Shown: positions 1-15,717, counted from the first letter of the stretch. The stretch is 64,000 nucleotides of DNA from Eledone cirrhosa (GCA_964016885.1 OZ024756.1:25792001-25856000), one strand, 5' to 3'. Made by a program: numbers and translations. Notes: generated by a model not told the origin, from the sequence alone.

Positions 1-27
1 TTAGCATTTAAACATCTCTATCAAACA

Positions 28-997
28 ATATAATATAATAGATTATATAATATGTATAATGTATAATAGATTATATAATATGTATAATGTATAATAGATT
101 ATATAATATATATAATGTATAATAGATTATATAATATATATAATGTATAATAGATTATATAATATATATAATGTATAATATATAATATATATAATATAAT
201 ATATAATATAATATATAATATATAATATATATATAATATAATATAATATATATATATAATATATTATATAATATATTATATAATATAATATAATATAATA
301 TAATATAATATATAATATAATATATATATATAATATATTATATAATATATTATATAATATATTATATAATATAATATATATATATATAATATAATATATA
401 ATATATATATATATATAATATATTATATAATATATTATATAATATATTATATAATATATAATATAATATATATATATATAATATAATATATAATATATAT
501 ATATATAATATATATATATATAATATAATATATATATATATAATATAATATATAATATATAATATATATATAATATATATATAATATATTATATAATATA
601 TTATATAATATATATATATATAATATATTATATATATATAATATATTATATAATATATTATATATATATAATATATTATATATATATATATATATTATAT
701 AATATATTATATATATATATAATATATTATATAATATATTATATATTATATATATATAATATATTATATAATATATATATATATATAATATATTATATAT
801 ATATAATATATTATATAATATATATATATATAATATATTATATAATATATATATATATAATATATTATATAATATATAATATATTATATATATATATAAT
901 ATATATATAATATATAATATATATAATATATATATATATATAATATATATATATATAATATATAATATATAATATATATAATATATATATAATATAT

Positions 998-1031
<34 letters not shown>

Positions 1032-2043
1032 ATATAATATATATAATATAATATATATATATATATATATAATATAATATATATAATATAATATATATAA
1101 TATAATATATATAATATAATATATAATATAATATATAATATAATATATATATATATAATATAATATATATATATAATATAATATATAATATAATATATAT
1201 ATATAATATATATATATAATATATATATATAATATATATATATAATATATATATAAAATAATATAATATATATATAATATAATATAATATATATATAATA
1301 TATATATAATATAATATAATATATATATAATATATATATAATATATATATATAATATAATATAATATAATATATAATATAATATATATATAATATAATAT
1401 ATATATAATATAATATATATATAATATAATATATATATAATATAATATATATATAATATAATATATATATAATATAATATATATATAATATAATATATAT
1501 ATAATATATATATATAATATAATATATATATAATATATATATATAATATATATATATAATATAATATATATATATAATATAATATATATATAATATATAT
1601 ATAATATATATATATAATATAATATATATATAATATATATATATAATATATATATATAATATAATATATATATATATATATATAATATAATATATATATA
1701 TATAATATATATATAATATATATATAATATAATATATATATAATATATATATAATATAATATATTATATAATATATTATATAATATATATATAATATAAT
1801 ATATTATATAATATATTATATAATATATTATATATATATATAATACAATATATTATATATATATATAATACAATATATTATATATATTATATATATAATA
1901 TATAATATAATATAATATATATAATATATATATATAATATATATATAATATATTATATATAATATATTATATATTTTATATAATATATATATTATATAAT
2001 ATATATATTATATAATATATATTATATAAATTATATATATATA
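28..2043. repeat. Near-pure A/T simple-sequence tract ((TA)n, ATAAT, ATATT units)
   Basis: About 2 kb almost devoid of G and C. Confidence 0.97.
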
Positions 2044-2045
2044 GA

Positions 2046-2204
2046 ATTATTTCTACTTTTGGCACACGGCCAGCAATGGCCCAGTACATTACTGGTACTT
2101 TATTTTATTGACCTCGTAAGGATGAAAGGTAAAGTTAACCTCGGCAGGATTTGAACTCAGACCGTAAAGGGACGTAACTATGCTGGAAAGCATGCCTGAC
2201 CGAC
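2046..2204 (-). mobile_element. tRNA-derived SINE (family A), 5'-truncated
   Basis: Reverse complement closely matches the copy at 40666-40841 (B box GAGTTCAAATCC, core AACTTTACCTTTCATCCTTACG). Confidence 0.85.
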
Positions 2205-2344
2205 CACACAACACAACACACTACACACTACACACACACTATATACACACACTATACATACACTATACATACATACATACTATACATACACACATACATA
2301 CTATACATACATATTATACATATAATACATACATACATATTATA

Positions 2345-3580
2345 CATATAATACATACATACATATTATACATATAATATATACATACATATTATACATA
2401 TAATATATACATACATATTATACATATAATATATACATACATATTATACATATAATATATACATATATATTATACATATAATATATACATACATATTATA
2501 CATATAATATATACATACATATTATACATATAATATATACATACATATTATACATATAATATATACATACATATTATACATATAATATATACATACATAT
2601 TATACATATAATATATACATATATATTATACATATAATATATACATATATATTATACATATAATATATACATATATATTATACATATAATATATACATAT
2701 ATATTATACATATAATATATACATATATATTATACATATAATATATACATATATATTATACATATAATATATACATATATATTATACATATAATATATAC
2801 ATATATATTATACATATAATATATACATATATATTATACATATAATATATACATATATATTATACATATAATATATACATATATATTATACATATAATAT
2901 ATACATATATATTATACATATAATATATACATATATATTATACATATAATATATACATATATATTATACATATAATATATACATATATATTATACATATA
3001 ATATATACATATATATTATACATATAATATATACATATATATTATACATATAATATATACATATATATTATACATATAATATATACATATATATTATACA
3101 TATAATATATACATATATATTATACATATAATATATACATATATATTATACATATAATATATACATATATATTATACATATAATATATACATATATATTA
3201 TACATATAATATATACATATATATTATACATATAATATATACATATATATTATACATATAATATATACATATATATTATACATATAATATATACATATAT
3301 ATTATACATATAATATATACATATATATTGTACATATAATATATACATATATATTATACATATAATATATACATATATATTATACATATAATATATACAT
3401 ATATATTATACATATAATATATACATATATATTATACATATAATATATACATATATATTATACATATAATATATACATATATATTATACATATAATATAT
3501 ACATATATATTATACATATAATATATACATATATATTATACATATAATATATACATATATATTATACATATAATATATAT
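2345..3580. repeat. 26-bp minisatellite ATTATACATATAATATATACATATAT, about 47 copies
   Basis: Exact 26-nt periodicity; early units carry a CATACAT variant. Confidence 0.93.
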
Positions 3581-3655
3581 TATACATATAATATATATAT
3601 ATTATACATATATATAATATATTATATATATATTATATAATATATATATTATATA

Positions 3656-3712
<57 letters not shown>

Positions 3713-3808
3713 ATTATATATATATTATATATATATATATTATATATATATTATATATATATATATTATATATATATATTATATATATATATATTATACA
3801 TATATATT
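3580..3808. repeat. (TA)n / TATTA simple repeat
   Basis: Direct reading. Confidence 0.9.
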
Positions 3809-3942
3809 CACTCTTGTATCTTCATGGAAAAGGCTTTACTTCACATAATTATCTCAATATCAAATCTGAGAACAATACCTTATCAGTATGGGTGGCCAGT
3901 TAGAAGAGAAAAAAAGTTCTGACCAGTTTAAATGCTAAAGGG
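3805..3942 (-). mobile_element. piggyBac-derived TTAA MITE (family P1), terminal part
   Basis: Matches 26553-26746 and ends in AAATGCTAAAGGG-TTAA. Confidence 0.75.
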
Positions 3943-4573
3943 TTAATTAGATATGATGGAAGTTAATCTTGTGTTTGAAATATAACTGAAGTTATACAGG
4001 TAAAATTCCATTATAACGAATTTGAGTATAATGAAATTTTCAATCCCAGGAGGTAAACAATAGCTTGATTTATTTTGGTCAATCTCAAAGAATTTATGAT
4101 TTTTTTTTTCTTTACACTCCACGAGTTTCATTTAACAGAATTTCACCATTACTAAATTCCTTTTAAATTGATTGTTTTTCAACTTTGAAAATCATTGGCA
4201 GTTTTTCGTTAGATATAGGGTAAAAGGGTTAAATCTGGTTTTGGCACACAATCATAGATCTGTCAGTTCCTTCAATTATTTGGCAGAAAAATCTTTAAAA
4301 GAGCTTCAATCAAGTGTTTGTAGTATCTTTAGTGAACAGGTGGTTGGGAAAACTTTACACTACACTAAAGACTATTTAACAATGCTGTAAGTCTTGCTAA
4401 TGCAGTTTCATGTGGTTATAGTATGTTAAGAAAAGGTACACATTAATTTAAGCAAACAAAAGGTACACATTAATTTTTTTTTAGTGTCATCAACTGTCAA
4501 TAGATAAGCATCCCATAACTCCTTGTGGAGTCTAGGGCACATTTAGAACACAGCCGATATTTTCTATAGGTTC

Positions 4574-4604
<31 letters not shown>

Positions 4605-6661
4605 TTTTTTTTTTTAAATTGCCCTTGAAAGGATGAAAGGCAAAGTTGACCTCAGGATTTGAACTCTCAGCGTGCAATGAGGTGGGACAAATACCATAAA
4701 GTATTCTATCCAACGTCTCAATATTTGAAAAATTAAGGCGTTTCAGTTGCAATTTTTGTAGCAGGCCTCATCACAACTTTATTAATATCAGTCGTATATA
4801 TATATATTAGTCTTGCTGGGAAAATCCAAATGCGAGAGAATGCTTTGTAGTATTCATTCTTGATCTTTGAGTTTAAAACCTAAAGTCAATCTTGCCATCC
4901 ATCCTTTCCCCTTTGAAGCTGAGAAAGGATCAGTCAAGTACTGGGAATGATTCCGCTTGCCTCCTCTAGAAGAAATTGGCTCTGTACAGACTATGAGAGG
5001 GATGGCTCTTCCAGGTTTTAAATTAGCCAAGGACTCTTGGCCATATCAATATAACCCATTTTTCAATAGCCATGTGTTAAAAGAAGTCAGTTAAAATCAA
5101 CTGCAACATAATCTGAGATAGCACAGTGGTTTTACAAGTAGAAAGTAAACTTGTAATTAAAAAAGAACTGCCAGTGATAATGGAGATAAACAATTTAGAA
5201 TCTATCAAATGTCAATTAACAGCAGCTCCATTTAGCAAGCTGGAAATGAAAAGATACAATGAATTTGAAACAATAGGATAAACAACAGACAAAGTAAATA
5301 TTCTGCAAATGTCTTTTAATTAAAGGAGAGTTGTGTAGTATCTTAACAGTGTAGTGTCTGGTAGGCAAAGTGTTTTTCCCCCCCTCCCCAGTCCTGCCAA
5401 ACTGACTAAACTAGTCAGTTCTCAGATGCCAACAGTTTTTGGTCATTAGCAACTAATTTTGTTCCAGGAACCTTAAGAGAATGGCTTATTTCTCTTCCTA
5501 GTAAATTTCCTTTGGTAAATAAATCCAAACCTTACGAAGTAAGTCATTTTTGATCCTTTTTAAATTTATTCCACAACCCTGAACGCTCAACCCCTTAAGA
5601 GCCAAAGTGCCCTTAAAACTGCCACCAACTTGGTAGCTGTAGTTTAATGGAGAAAAAAAATAATCCCTTCCCCAGATGGTTTCTACATTGATATATGTAG
5701 TTTTCTCTTAAAAGGCAGTTGGATGTAGTTTAGCCACTACTGTGTCAAATTGGATTAAAATAAGGAAAGCAGGGAATAAATTCATTTCCGGAAGAAATTC
5801 ACTTAAAATAACACTAAGTCTCATTTTAAATATTGATAGCATGTCGTTAGACTTTCCCCCTGTTTTCTTGCTTTACAGAAAAGCAGATACTAATAACAGG
5901 AGCCTTATGATATGAAGCAAAAAAAAAAAAAAAAAAAAAAAAAGAACAAACCCTGAAATCCATGATAGGTAAAAAAAAAAAAATAAATAAAAAAAATAAG
6001 ACCCAAGAAAATAAGACAAAAGCTACATATAACTACCTTCTGGACAATAGATTAGCTGTCCCAATATTCTTAGCAGAATTTTAAGTATTCTGCTGATGTA
6101 GAGGTTTGAGGACAAGGGAAGTGGGAGACAAGCAATGAGCCCTTTCTAAATGCCATCATCCAACCATCAAGGAAATTTGGGCTTTTTTTTTTTTAAATTT
6201 AAATTTATAATTTTTCAATCCTGGTAGCCGTTTGCCTGCTAACAACACAAGGTGGATTGTTCTATTTACACAACTGTCTACTAGCAGGTATTTTCCTGTA
6301 TTGTTTCTCTTTAAATACTTTTTATGCAGGGGTTATTTCAGGAGGTAAAAAATTTAGGGTCAGGGGGTTATATATATATACAAGTAGATTCTGTATATAT
6401 AAATATATATATATATATATATTTTTAAGTAAATCTGTTGTGACTGGATTTATTGCATCTGTCAATGGCAAGCTGTCAGTAATTCTACCCCCATCTGTTA
6501 GCTTCTCTCTTCCTGGACAGAGCCAGACAAGGTAGTTAACTGGTTGCTTCCCTGCTTCCGTTCCAAACAAAAATGGCAGCAATGAGTTGGAAAGGTTTCA
6601 AAATGTGACTACTTCGATGTCCGATGCTTTTTTAAATTTTATTGTTTCAGTATTGAGATGA

Positions 6662-6685
6662 TTAGGTGAAAGCAGCAATGGGCCT
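6662..6685 (-). CDS. LSM14: LSM14 putative terminal coding exon (RPIAAFT-stop)
   Basis: Strong polypyrimidine acceptor TTTTCTTTTCGTTATTTTGCAG, phase 0, TAA at 6662-6664, followed by UTR-like U-rich sequence. Confidence 0.6.
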   Translation of the reverse strand, partial: RPIAAFT

Positions 6686-9600
6686 CTGCAAAATAACGAA
6701 AAGAAAATTTAGATTTTTATATCAAAAGGTGGTAGTAAAAGACATTTATGGAGACGATTGGGGGGGGGGGGGGGAGAAGAACCCTTTCAATTCCAAACCA
6801 CCTCCAATTCTACATAAAATACACAAAGGCTTTAAAATATTTATCTAAAAATCAATCACTAAGTTGTTCCAAACAACTTAATTCTAAATGTCCTGTACTG
6901 CATCAAAAATTAAGTCTTTATGGTAATACAGCAAATTTCCAAAAATGTATCCACTAATTAACACAGCCAGGAAAACATTAAAATGTACAAAATAGCACTA
7001 TGACTGCATGAAGAAATTTTGAAATCAGAGGCGGTGCCTTATCTTAGAAATATGGTAATGAAAGGACAAAAGGTTAAATGGAAATATTACCTTGTTCAGA
7101 GCTTTTTCACCATTTATGTTTGCTTCATGGTGTTGGTTATCTGCCCAACTAGAATCACCCCAGCCAGTATTTCCAGAATTTCTTCGGAAGTTTCCTCTGT
7201 AATTACCGCGATTCATTCCTCCTCTACCTGATGGATAAAAAGGAACTACAAAAGATCAATAGTTTTGTTCTTATGACAGAAACAAAAGCATTTTAAAATC
7301 ATTTTTCTTCTAAAACAAAGTTTTTATAATATTCGTTATGGGGGTCCTTTTTGAGGCTAAGTTTTATAGCCAGTTTCCCTTCTAGGCATCAACCATTATA
7401 TCTCCTTATAACATGCAGGGATGCAGTGTATTCTAAACCAGATATACACAGCTGGATCTTGCAATAAAGAAACTAGAAATTCAGAAAAGCCATAATTTCT
7501 CTAAACCTGGGATTTATTAATTTCTTAAACTGCTAAGCTATGGGAACAAACATACCGACACATTCTGCAATTTGTTTAACAAATTGCAACTCAAGGCATT
7601 GGTCAACACAAGACCATAGAAGACACTTAACCAAAATGTAACATTGAGACTGTGGCTGCAAAAACTCCTTTACAACAGCCATGCCTGCATCCATTAAGAT
7701 TATATAGTTTTCATGTCCACTGTTTTCCATGCAGACAAGGGTTGGGTAAGACATTTGGATAGTATTCTATAACTAGAAATGCCCTTTTCATAGCAATAAA
7801 CCCCATTTTTTAAAGTGGGTACTTTATTCAACTCATCTTTACCTGTCAAAAAGGTTGAGCTGCTATGCATTGTTAATGCAAAACAAACATTACTGCCAAG
7901 TGGCAGTTGCACCAAATACAACAAAAATACTCACACAATGTACATGTGTAGTTTTCATCAAAGTATTAACCAATCCAAGGTCAGAGTAAAAAAAAAAAAA
8001 AGTGGTTGCAAAATAAATATAAATGCACCACCCCATCATATTGGTGTTGGTTATCGTAGTACTTCAGTTTCTCCACATTTCTCCTGGATGAGATGCTAGT
8101 CCATGACAGTTAACTAACTAATTTTCAGTTGGGTGAATTGGAACATGAAAAATCTTGGTCAGGAAATGCTGCTCAGTCTAGGCATTGAATCAATGATCTT
8201 ATGATCACCAGTCCAACCCCTAACCACTAGACCACATCCATTCAACAAATTGAAATAGTTACCTCTACCTCTTCGTCCTCTGAATCCACCTCGACCTCTC
8301 ATGCCTCTCCCTCTGCCACGATAACGTTCTGACACTCCAAAAGTTTCTGCATTAAGTTTCCTTTCTTCTCGCCAACTCGTTCTATTTACACGACTAGAAA
8401 AGAAAAAAATAATCAACCCATTTGTTACTATATTTCTAAAACCTACAAAGGTTCTTAGATGAAACAGACAATTTTCAGATAAATATAAACATTTTGAAAT
8501 TACGTTTTATATCTTAAAAGTGGTTTCAGGTAAGCTGGTGTTGAATTAAGTAAGATTTTTTTTTAAATCAACTCATTTTGTTATGTATAAGTGTGTATAT
8601 TTTACATCCATTTTCTATTCTGACTTGTATGTTTAACCAATCTATGAGGTTCATTTCATAGGTTTCTTGGATGGGTTTAATGACAGGAGCCACAGATGTA
8701 TCATGTTTACTATTTCTTCTGGAGACAGGTCAGAACAGATACCATTGAGTATCTGACTATTCTGCCAAGAAATAGACTGCCCTAGACCGATACTGAAAAG
8801 ATATTTCATCTTAGAAAGGATGAAAAGCGAAGTTGACCTAGGGAGGATTTGAATTGAGAGAGCTCGGCTGTTAATCACTGCCAATTTGCTGCTTAAATCA
8901 CCACACCTTTCATACCCCTATGTGATAAGTGATACTGAAATGCATTGTTTAACCTCTTTGATACTAACCACCCTGAGGCCATTCATCATCCTACAAACAA
9001 ACCACTTTAACCAGTTTATTTTAAAATTTAACAAATTGAGTTATCTTCCAAGCAGCTGCTTAACAGTTAATTTCTGACAATACACAAGCAACATGTTTAA
9101 ATTTTGAAAATCAAAAAATTAAAATAGTCCTCACATTAAGTTGCTTAAAAGATTCTTACATAAATTTATCATGGGAGATTTTAATTTAAACAAACTTTAA
9201 AACAATTCTTCCTAAATTGATTTAACTTCAAAGTATATTTTGAGACCTATATTTCCATATAAGGGTTAAAGTTCATATTTATAGAGTTTCTAATTTAAAA
9301 AGATTGAGTTGCTCAGTCAAACACCACCAGCTGGCTGACTGCCTTCAAAAGAGTCCACTGTTGCAAGCATTAAGGCCAAGTCTCCAGTTAGAGGAAAATT
9401 TGCCTGCCTTCCACCCGTCTTGGAAGCAAGGAGGAAGGTCATGGGTGGACACCATCCTCTCCTAACAGTTAAAACAAAAAAGATGAAAAGCTCAATATGC
9501 GTTTCAAATCTACACATACCCATGTTCACGTTCAGTTGCCTCACAACTGATGTTATCAAAGAAAGATTTGGCTTTATCATAATACACCGTCTCCTCTTCC

Positions 9601-12600
9601 TTTTTCTCGTCTTTCTTGGGAACTTCAGGTTCTTCTTCAGTTTCTGTTTTCTCTCCATTCACAATAGGAGTAGGATTCTTTTCATCTGAAATTGAAGAGA
9701 AAATTTCAAAATAAAGGAAAGGTGCCAATCATTAGAGCAAACAAAACTTTCCATTACTGATACTATCTGCCGGTTGCAATGCCTGGCAGACCAGAGCAAC
9801 GTCAAACCATTTTGCTCATGAATACAACAAACCACATGGTCCACGAATTGAACCCATGAGTTTATGATTGCAAGTTCAACACAACCATTAGGCTACATGC
9901 CTTCACTATAGTAGCAATAACATGGCAGCTATCCTGATAGTTAACTACAAAAATTCTAAGACAAAGAAAACACCCAAGAATTAATTCATGAGGCAAAAAT
10001 TAAATTTAAGGTCTACATCAGGGATCCCATTATACCATTGACCCCTCATCAACCCTAGGCATGTACAAAATACATGAATCAGTTTTTAAAAGTAAGGCAA
10101 ATAAAGACTATATAAAGCAGGAAATTCTATTTTATTGTATTCATGATGGCTTTAACAGCTTCTTTTCCCTGTTAAGCAAGGCTTGTATTATTTTATATAT
10201 TTTTACAAATGTCAGGTTCAGTCAGCCCTTTCGATAATCCCATTAACCCCACATCTAAATATCACAACAGCAATAATAAGCAGACTTCCATAAGTCCTCT
10301 ATAGAAGGGAGGAAAGGCAGAAAACCAATAATTATACTCACTCATTGTTAACTTCTTTAGTTCCTTTTCTACTTCTTCAAACTCAGCATTGGCACTCTCA
10401 AAATCATAGTCATTCTCAAATTTGAGAGGTTCTGAAGGTTGTCTTGAGTTACCTCTTCCCCTTGGCATACCTCGAGACATGCCACGAGGACGGCCTCTTG
10501 GAACACCTAACAAAGTAAAACAGCAACCACATTAGATCAGTAGCATCATAGTTATCCCGTTTTGTTTTTTGTTTTTTTGTTTTGTTTTTTTTTTACATAA
10601 TTTTCTCCACATTGGCATCACTCACTGACTTGGGTAAAATATTACCCACACACTTGTGATATCAGATGCAAAGCCAATACAAATGCATACATATAAACAG
10701 TTGCTGCTTACCAAATTCACTTATGGCCAAGGAAGGTGTCATACAGTAGGAGCAAACAGAAGATCATATGGTTGTGAAACTAACTTAACTAGACAGCCAT
10801 GCCTGCACCCAAGATTATGGAAATCTTTGCACAGCAAAGGAGTGAATTTTTTAAATTCACACACACAGATATATATGGGTGAAGACAGGAAAATGAATGA
10901 ATAGAGAGTAGTCCCATTTCATGTCATCTGTTGGCCACTAGAGATGTGTTTCGGTGCTTTAAGGTTTTCATATATATATATATATATATAACAAAGAAAG
11001 AACTACCTCTACCCCCTCGCCCACGAGTAAATGTTGTTGTCCGGTTTGCATTTGCCTGCTGGTCTTTCTGACTGTAACGTTTATCTCGTCGATCCGTCGG
11101 AGACATCTGCTGCTGTTGCTGCTGCATCTTATCATCCACATTAATTTGAGTTCCTTGATCTGTTGTTGGAGATTTACGACCCACAGGTGGGGTGGGACCA
11201 CGGGACACTGAAAGAACAAATTTAGTACAAAGGTAAAAAACAATTCAAAGAAGTGTAGATGAGAAAACTTTTAAATTTGAAATTCAGATTAGTTATTACA
11301 GATTAAATATAAAGGTAAAAACATTGGTTAATATTTTTTTAAACTTAACATCCTGTAATGATTTAGCAGAAAATAACTAAAAGTGGACTTGTTAATCCAA
11401 ATGTTTGTAGTATCTTTAGTGGACAAGTTGTAAAAATTTGCAGTCCAACACTTAATTTGATATGAAAATTGTGATGCAGTCTGATCTTGTACTTTCCAAG
11501 ACAATATTGCTAATATAATTGTTTCTATTTTTGACACACAAGGCCAACAATTACCCAGTGTATTACTGGTACTTTATTTTATCGACCCCGTAAGAATGAA
11601 AGGCAAAGTTGATACAGGACATTAACAAATATTTAACAAATATTAAACAAAGATAAATGTAATGCAAGTGTAACTAGTTATAAATTTTGTAGTTACATCT
11701 ACATTTAAATATATCCTATATATTTAAAAAATATACATTAGCATATGATCTACATAATAGAATATTAAAAAATAATTTAGTCAATCGTTTTAGTATGTCA
11801 TGTTAACATTTTTTAAAGAAAACCACATGAAAAAAGTGGGTGGTAGTTAGAAGCAACAAATCAACCAAAACTTGGTAGACTTTGTTCATAGCTGGTCACC
11901 TTTGTGTCACCTGCACATGGTGTAATTAGGAGAAAAAAAAGGTTAATGTACAAGATTAGTGGATCTTGAATTCCAAATGCTTCAATTTACCAGATCTCTT
12001 AATTTGCTGGGGATCTACTTGAACGCCTTGGTCACGATTTGTCACACGAGAATGACTGCGAATAAACGAGCCTGACAAAAACCAACATTCAGGCCCAAAT
12101 CAAATTAAGGGTTTTAAAAAAGAAAATAGCAGAACTTACATTAATAGAATTCATAAAACAAGAAAAGAGAAAGCTTTGAAGTTAAACAGAATTTTAAATA
12201 GAAAACTACAATTTACTTAGCTGGTTAGATAAATGTGAAAACTAATTGATTAAAATCAGTGATTTAAGCAAATATAATTGATAGCAATGAGCAAAATTAA
12301 ATTGTAGATATAACTGGTTAATGAGTGCTTCACAATTACATGGAATCAGGTTCTATTTCACTGAGTGATACCTTGAACAAGGTTCTACTTTAGACTGGTT
12401 ATTCAGTAATATTAGGTGCAGACATGGCTGTGTAGTTAAAAAATTAATTTTAGAGCCATGTAGATTCTGGTTCCATCTCACTGCTTGGCAGATTGGACAA
12501 GTGTTTTATTTTAAACTCAGGCTAAACGATGCCTTCAGTAAATTTGATAGAAACTGTAAGGAAGTTTCCACACTTGCATTAATCGAAACTTTAAAAGGTG

Positions 12601-15600
12601 GTAACATTTGTTCATGTCCCACAACAATGAACAGGGTATAACTTGAAAAATAAAGCAGTGTCACAAAGGACACTAGGCTAGAAAAACTAGCCATCCAGTA
12701 ACAGCATGGAAAAACTGACTATATAAAAATGGGTGACATTAAACTGACTGGATCAGTTCAACAGGGAACGTTTTTATGTATCATAACTTCAACATGAAGC
12801 CAATCTAAAACAAATACAGAAGCAGTAATTAAAATATCTTTTATACCCCTGAAACAGTTCCTGGCTTTATGATTAAAAACATTTACCTAAAAAAACTCCC
12901 ATAATTTTTATTTAAGGGCCTTTAGAAAGTTATTTTACTAAATCCTCCCAAATTTTTCCCCAAAATTTGAAAATTACAGGCAGTATTTGTCATCAGAAAA
13001 ATCAAGTTCTATGATACAAAGCTGTTTATTTTTAAAAAAATTATGTTTAAAACCCTCCCATGATTTTATGTAAAAACCATTGTTCTAAATATCAGATTAA
13101 TGTTAAAGTTAACTATAATAAATCCCAAATTATTTTCAAGATTTGAAAATCATAGGCAGTGTCTCATTAGAAATATGGTAAGGAAAGGGTTAAAAGTTTG
13201 GGTGATAGAATTCTATTTAGTTATCTCAAATACATTGCAAGAAGTTAGTGGCTATGCATAAGTTGCACACATGTTAAAGCCTGTATTTTTGTAATAGCAG
13301 TAGAAGCCATTGATATTCCTCCAGAAAATTTAAGTGTTTAATAAAAGATTTCGCAATCGGGGTTACCTGGAATAGAATGACTACTACCAAGATAGGAATG
13401 GTGGCCACCAGAATGGAGATACTGACCGCCATAGAGCTGAGCTCCTCCAAAAGGCTGATAAGACTGACCACTATAGGTGTGTTGTGGCTGCTGTTGCTGC
13501 TGCTGTTGTGGGGGATAAGATGAAGTAGTAGTCACTGGCTGGGATGACTGAAAAAAGATTTCAAATATTCAGAAATGACAGTTCAATATGAATATTGATT
13601 CACATTGATTTAGAAGGTAAATTAATACAATTACAGCAATCTCTCTTTGGAGGTGAAATTTGTTTTTCCTATGGCTTTTCATGCATTCTGAATGAATCTG
13701 ACCTTCAAAACAATTGAAAATTATTTAAGTTAACCCTCTCTCCAGGTGTCAGCCTGGAGTCACCTTGGTTGGAAGTGGGTGTTCTAGCAGGGGGGGGGGG
13801 GACTACAGAAAACAATGAGATTTGGATGCAAGATACGTTCAAAACAAAACTCTTTGCAAAAACTAAATTCACCTCCAAAGAGAGATGGAGTGTAATAGTA
13901 AAATTTTACCTGCAATAGAAAACAGATAGACACACCAGAAGACAATAGATTAGCATTTTTTTTTTTACGTCGACTAGTTCTACAAAAGTAAACCACCTTT
14001 AAAAAATTTTTTTTTATTACCCTTTTTAATACCAACCCACCCGAAATAACTGGTTCTTTATAAAAAAAAAAATAAAAACTCAAGAGTTTATATTTATCTA
14101 AAATAACCTTCGATAATTTATGTTCAAACATCAGCTATAATACTAAATTTCTGTATTAGAAAATTAGTTGATATTAGAAATGTTACAAATATGATTTTAA
14201 GGAAACAATTTTAATAAATCTCTCCAAATTCTTATTTTATTAGAAATAAGTGAAGAAAGGATTAAAAGGTCTACCTTCACAATAGCAGGGTCTTGTGGCA
14301 GCCCTTGCAAAGGCTGTGGTTTTGGTGGCTGACAAACATGAATGTCTTTAATGTCACTACCTCTGAATATTATATATTCAAAAACCTCATCTCTTGGGGC
14401 AACTGGACGGTCAGTTGGACGATCTTCAGTACCAAAAGATCTCACTAGGATAAAAAGACAATAACCAAAACGTCAAAATGTGAGAAACAAGCAAAAGCTA
14501 AAGAAAAAAAAAAAATAAAGAAAAAAAACTTTAGAGATTGCGCGTGTATATAAATATCCTGCCACAAAATGTCAATTTGGAAACCTCTGGGAGAAGAGCC
14601 AATCAATACAAGGGAGGGGACTATATACACGCATATATACACAAACACACACTGATAAGGTGTTTACGTACAATACATAAAAACAGACAAATATAACTGA
14701 ATGAGCACTCAATACAAAATAGAGTACATTTTACAAAGAATATATGTGCAGTGACTTCGAATTTAATTCTCTTCATATACAATAATGTATGAAACCGCCC
14801 ATGGTTCTATATTACAAGGGTGTTTATTCTATCATAATTTTGTCTTAAGAAGCTATGTTCCAAACACCAGTTTAATGAGAAAGTTATATTACTAAATCCT
14901 TCAAAATCTTTGCCTTAAAAATTACATGAAAATCATAGTATATTTTATTAATATAGTAAAAGTTAAAACAGGGTCGGCGTTTAATGCTTGGAACACTTTT
15001 AAAGTAACGAGAATATTACAATGAATTAAAAGCGCTGCCTAAAGAATTACAGCTGTTTAAGAACGAACGAGGACATTTTTACAAAAGTAAATGTTTTACG
15101 AGTAGAATGTTCCAAGTATGATGTGTAGGGAGGACAGGTCTAGCTTATTTTCGATTTAAATATAATACCTGCAAGTTATAGATGCTAAAATGACAATTCT
15201 GCGCTGGTTGTGCCAAAATTAACTATAAATATGTCGAAAGCGATATAGTAAACAAAAAAAAACAAAAAAAAAACAAACAAAAAAAACTAAAAATGGCGGG
15301 GGAATTAAATAGATAAGCTATTAGAAAAATGACAAAATTAATTTTTTTTTATGTGGATATAAAAAGCTACGTTAGGACAAACATTCAGTTCATGGTCACT
15401 ATACATAGCCAGCATACGTGGACATTAACATGGACACAATTTTTTTTTTTTTAATACCTAACAGCTGAAATACAATAAATATAGCAACAGCTTTAATATA
15501 TATATATGCGTGTATACGTAACTATCTTTTATTTTCTCGCAAATTATTAAAGGAATAGAAGTTGCAGAGTAAAGTGTAAATACGAAACTAAGTCTTGCAT

Positions 15601-15649
15601 TAGAAAAATATCCGAGTTAGCTTAGTCATGGCTGTGTTCAGAGGAGGGG

Positions 15650-15690
<41 letters not shown>

Positions 15691-15717
15691 CAGCTATACA
15701 AATATACAGACACATAC

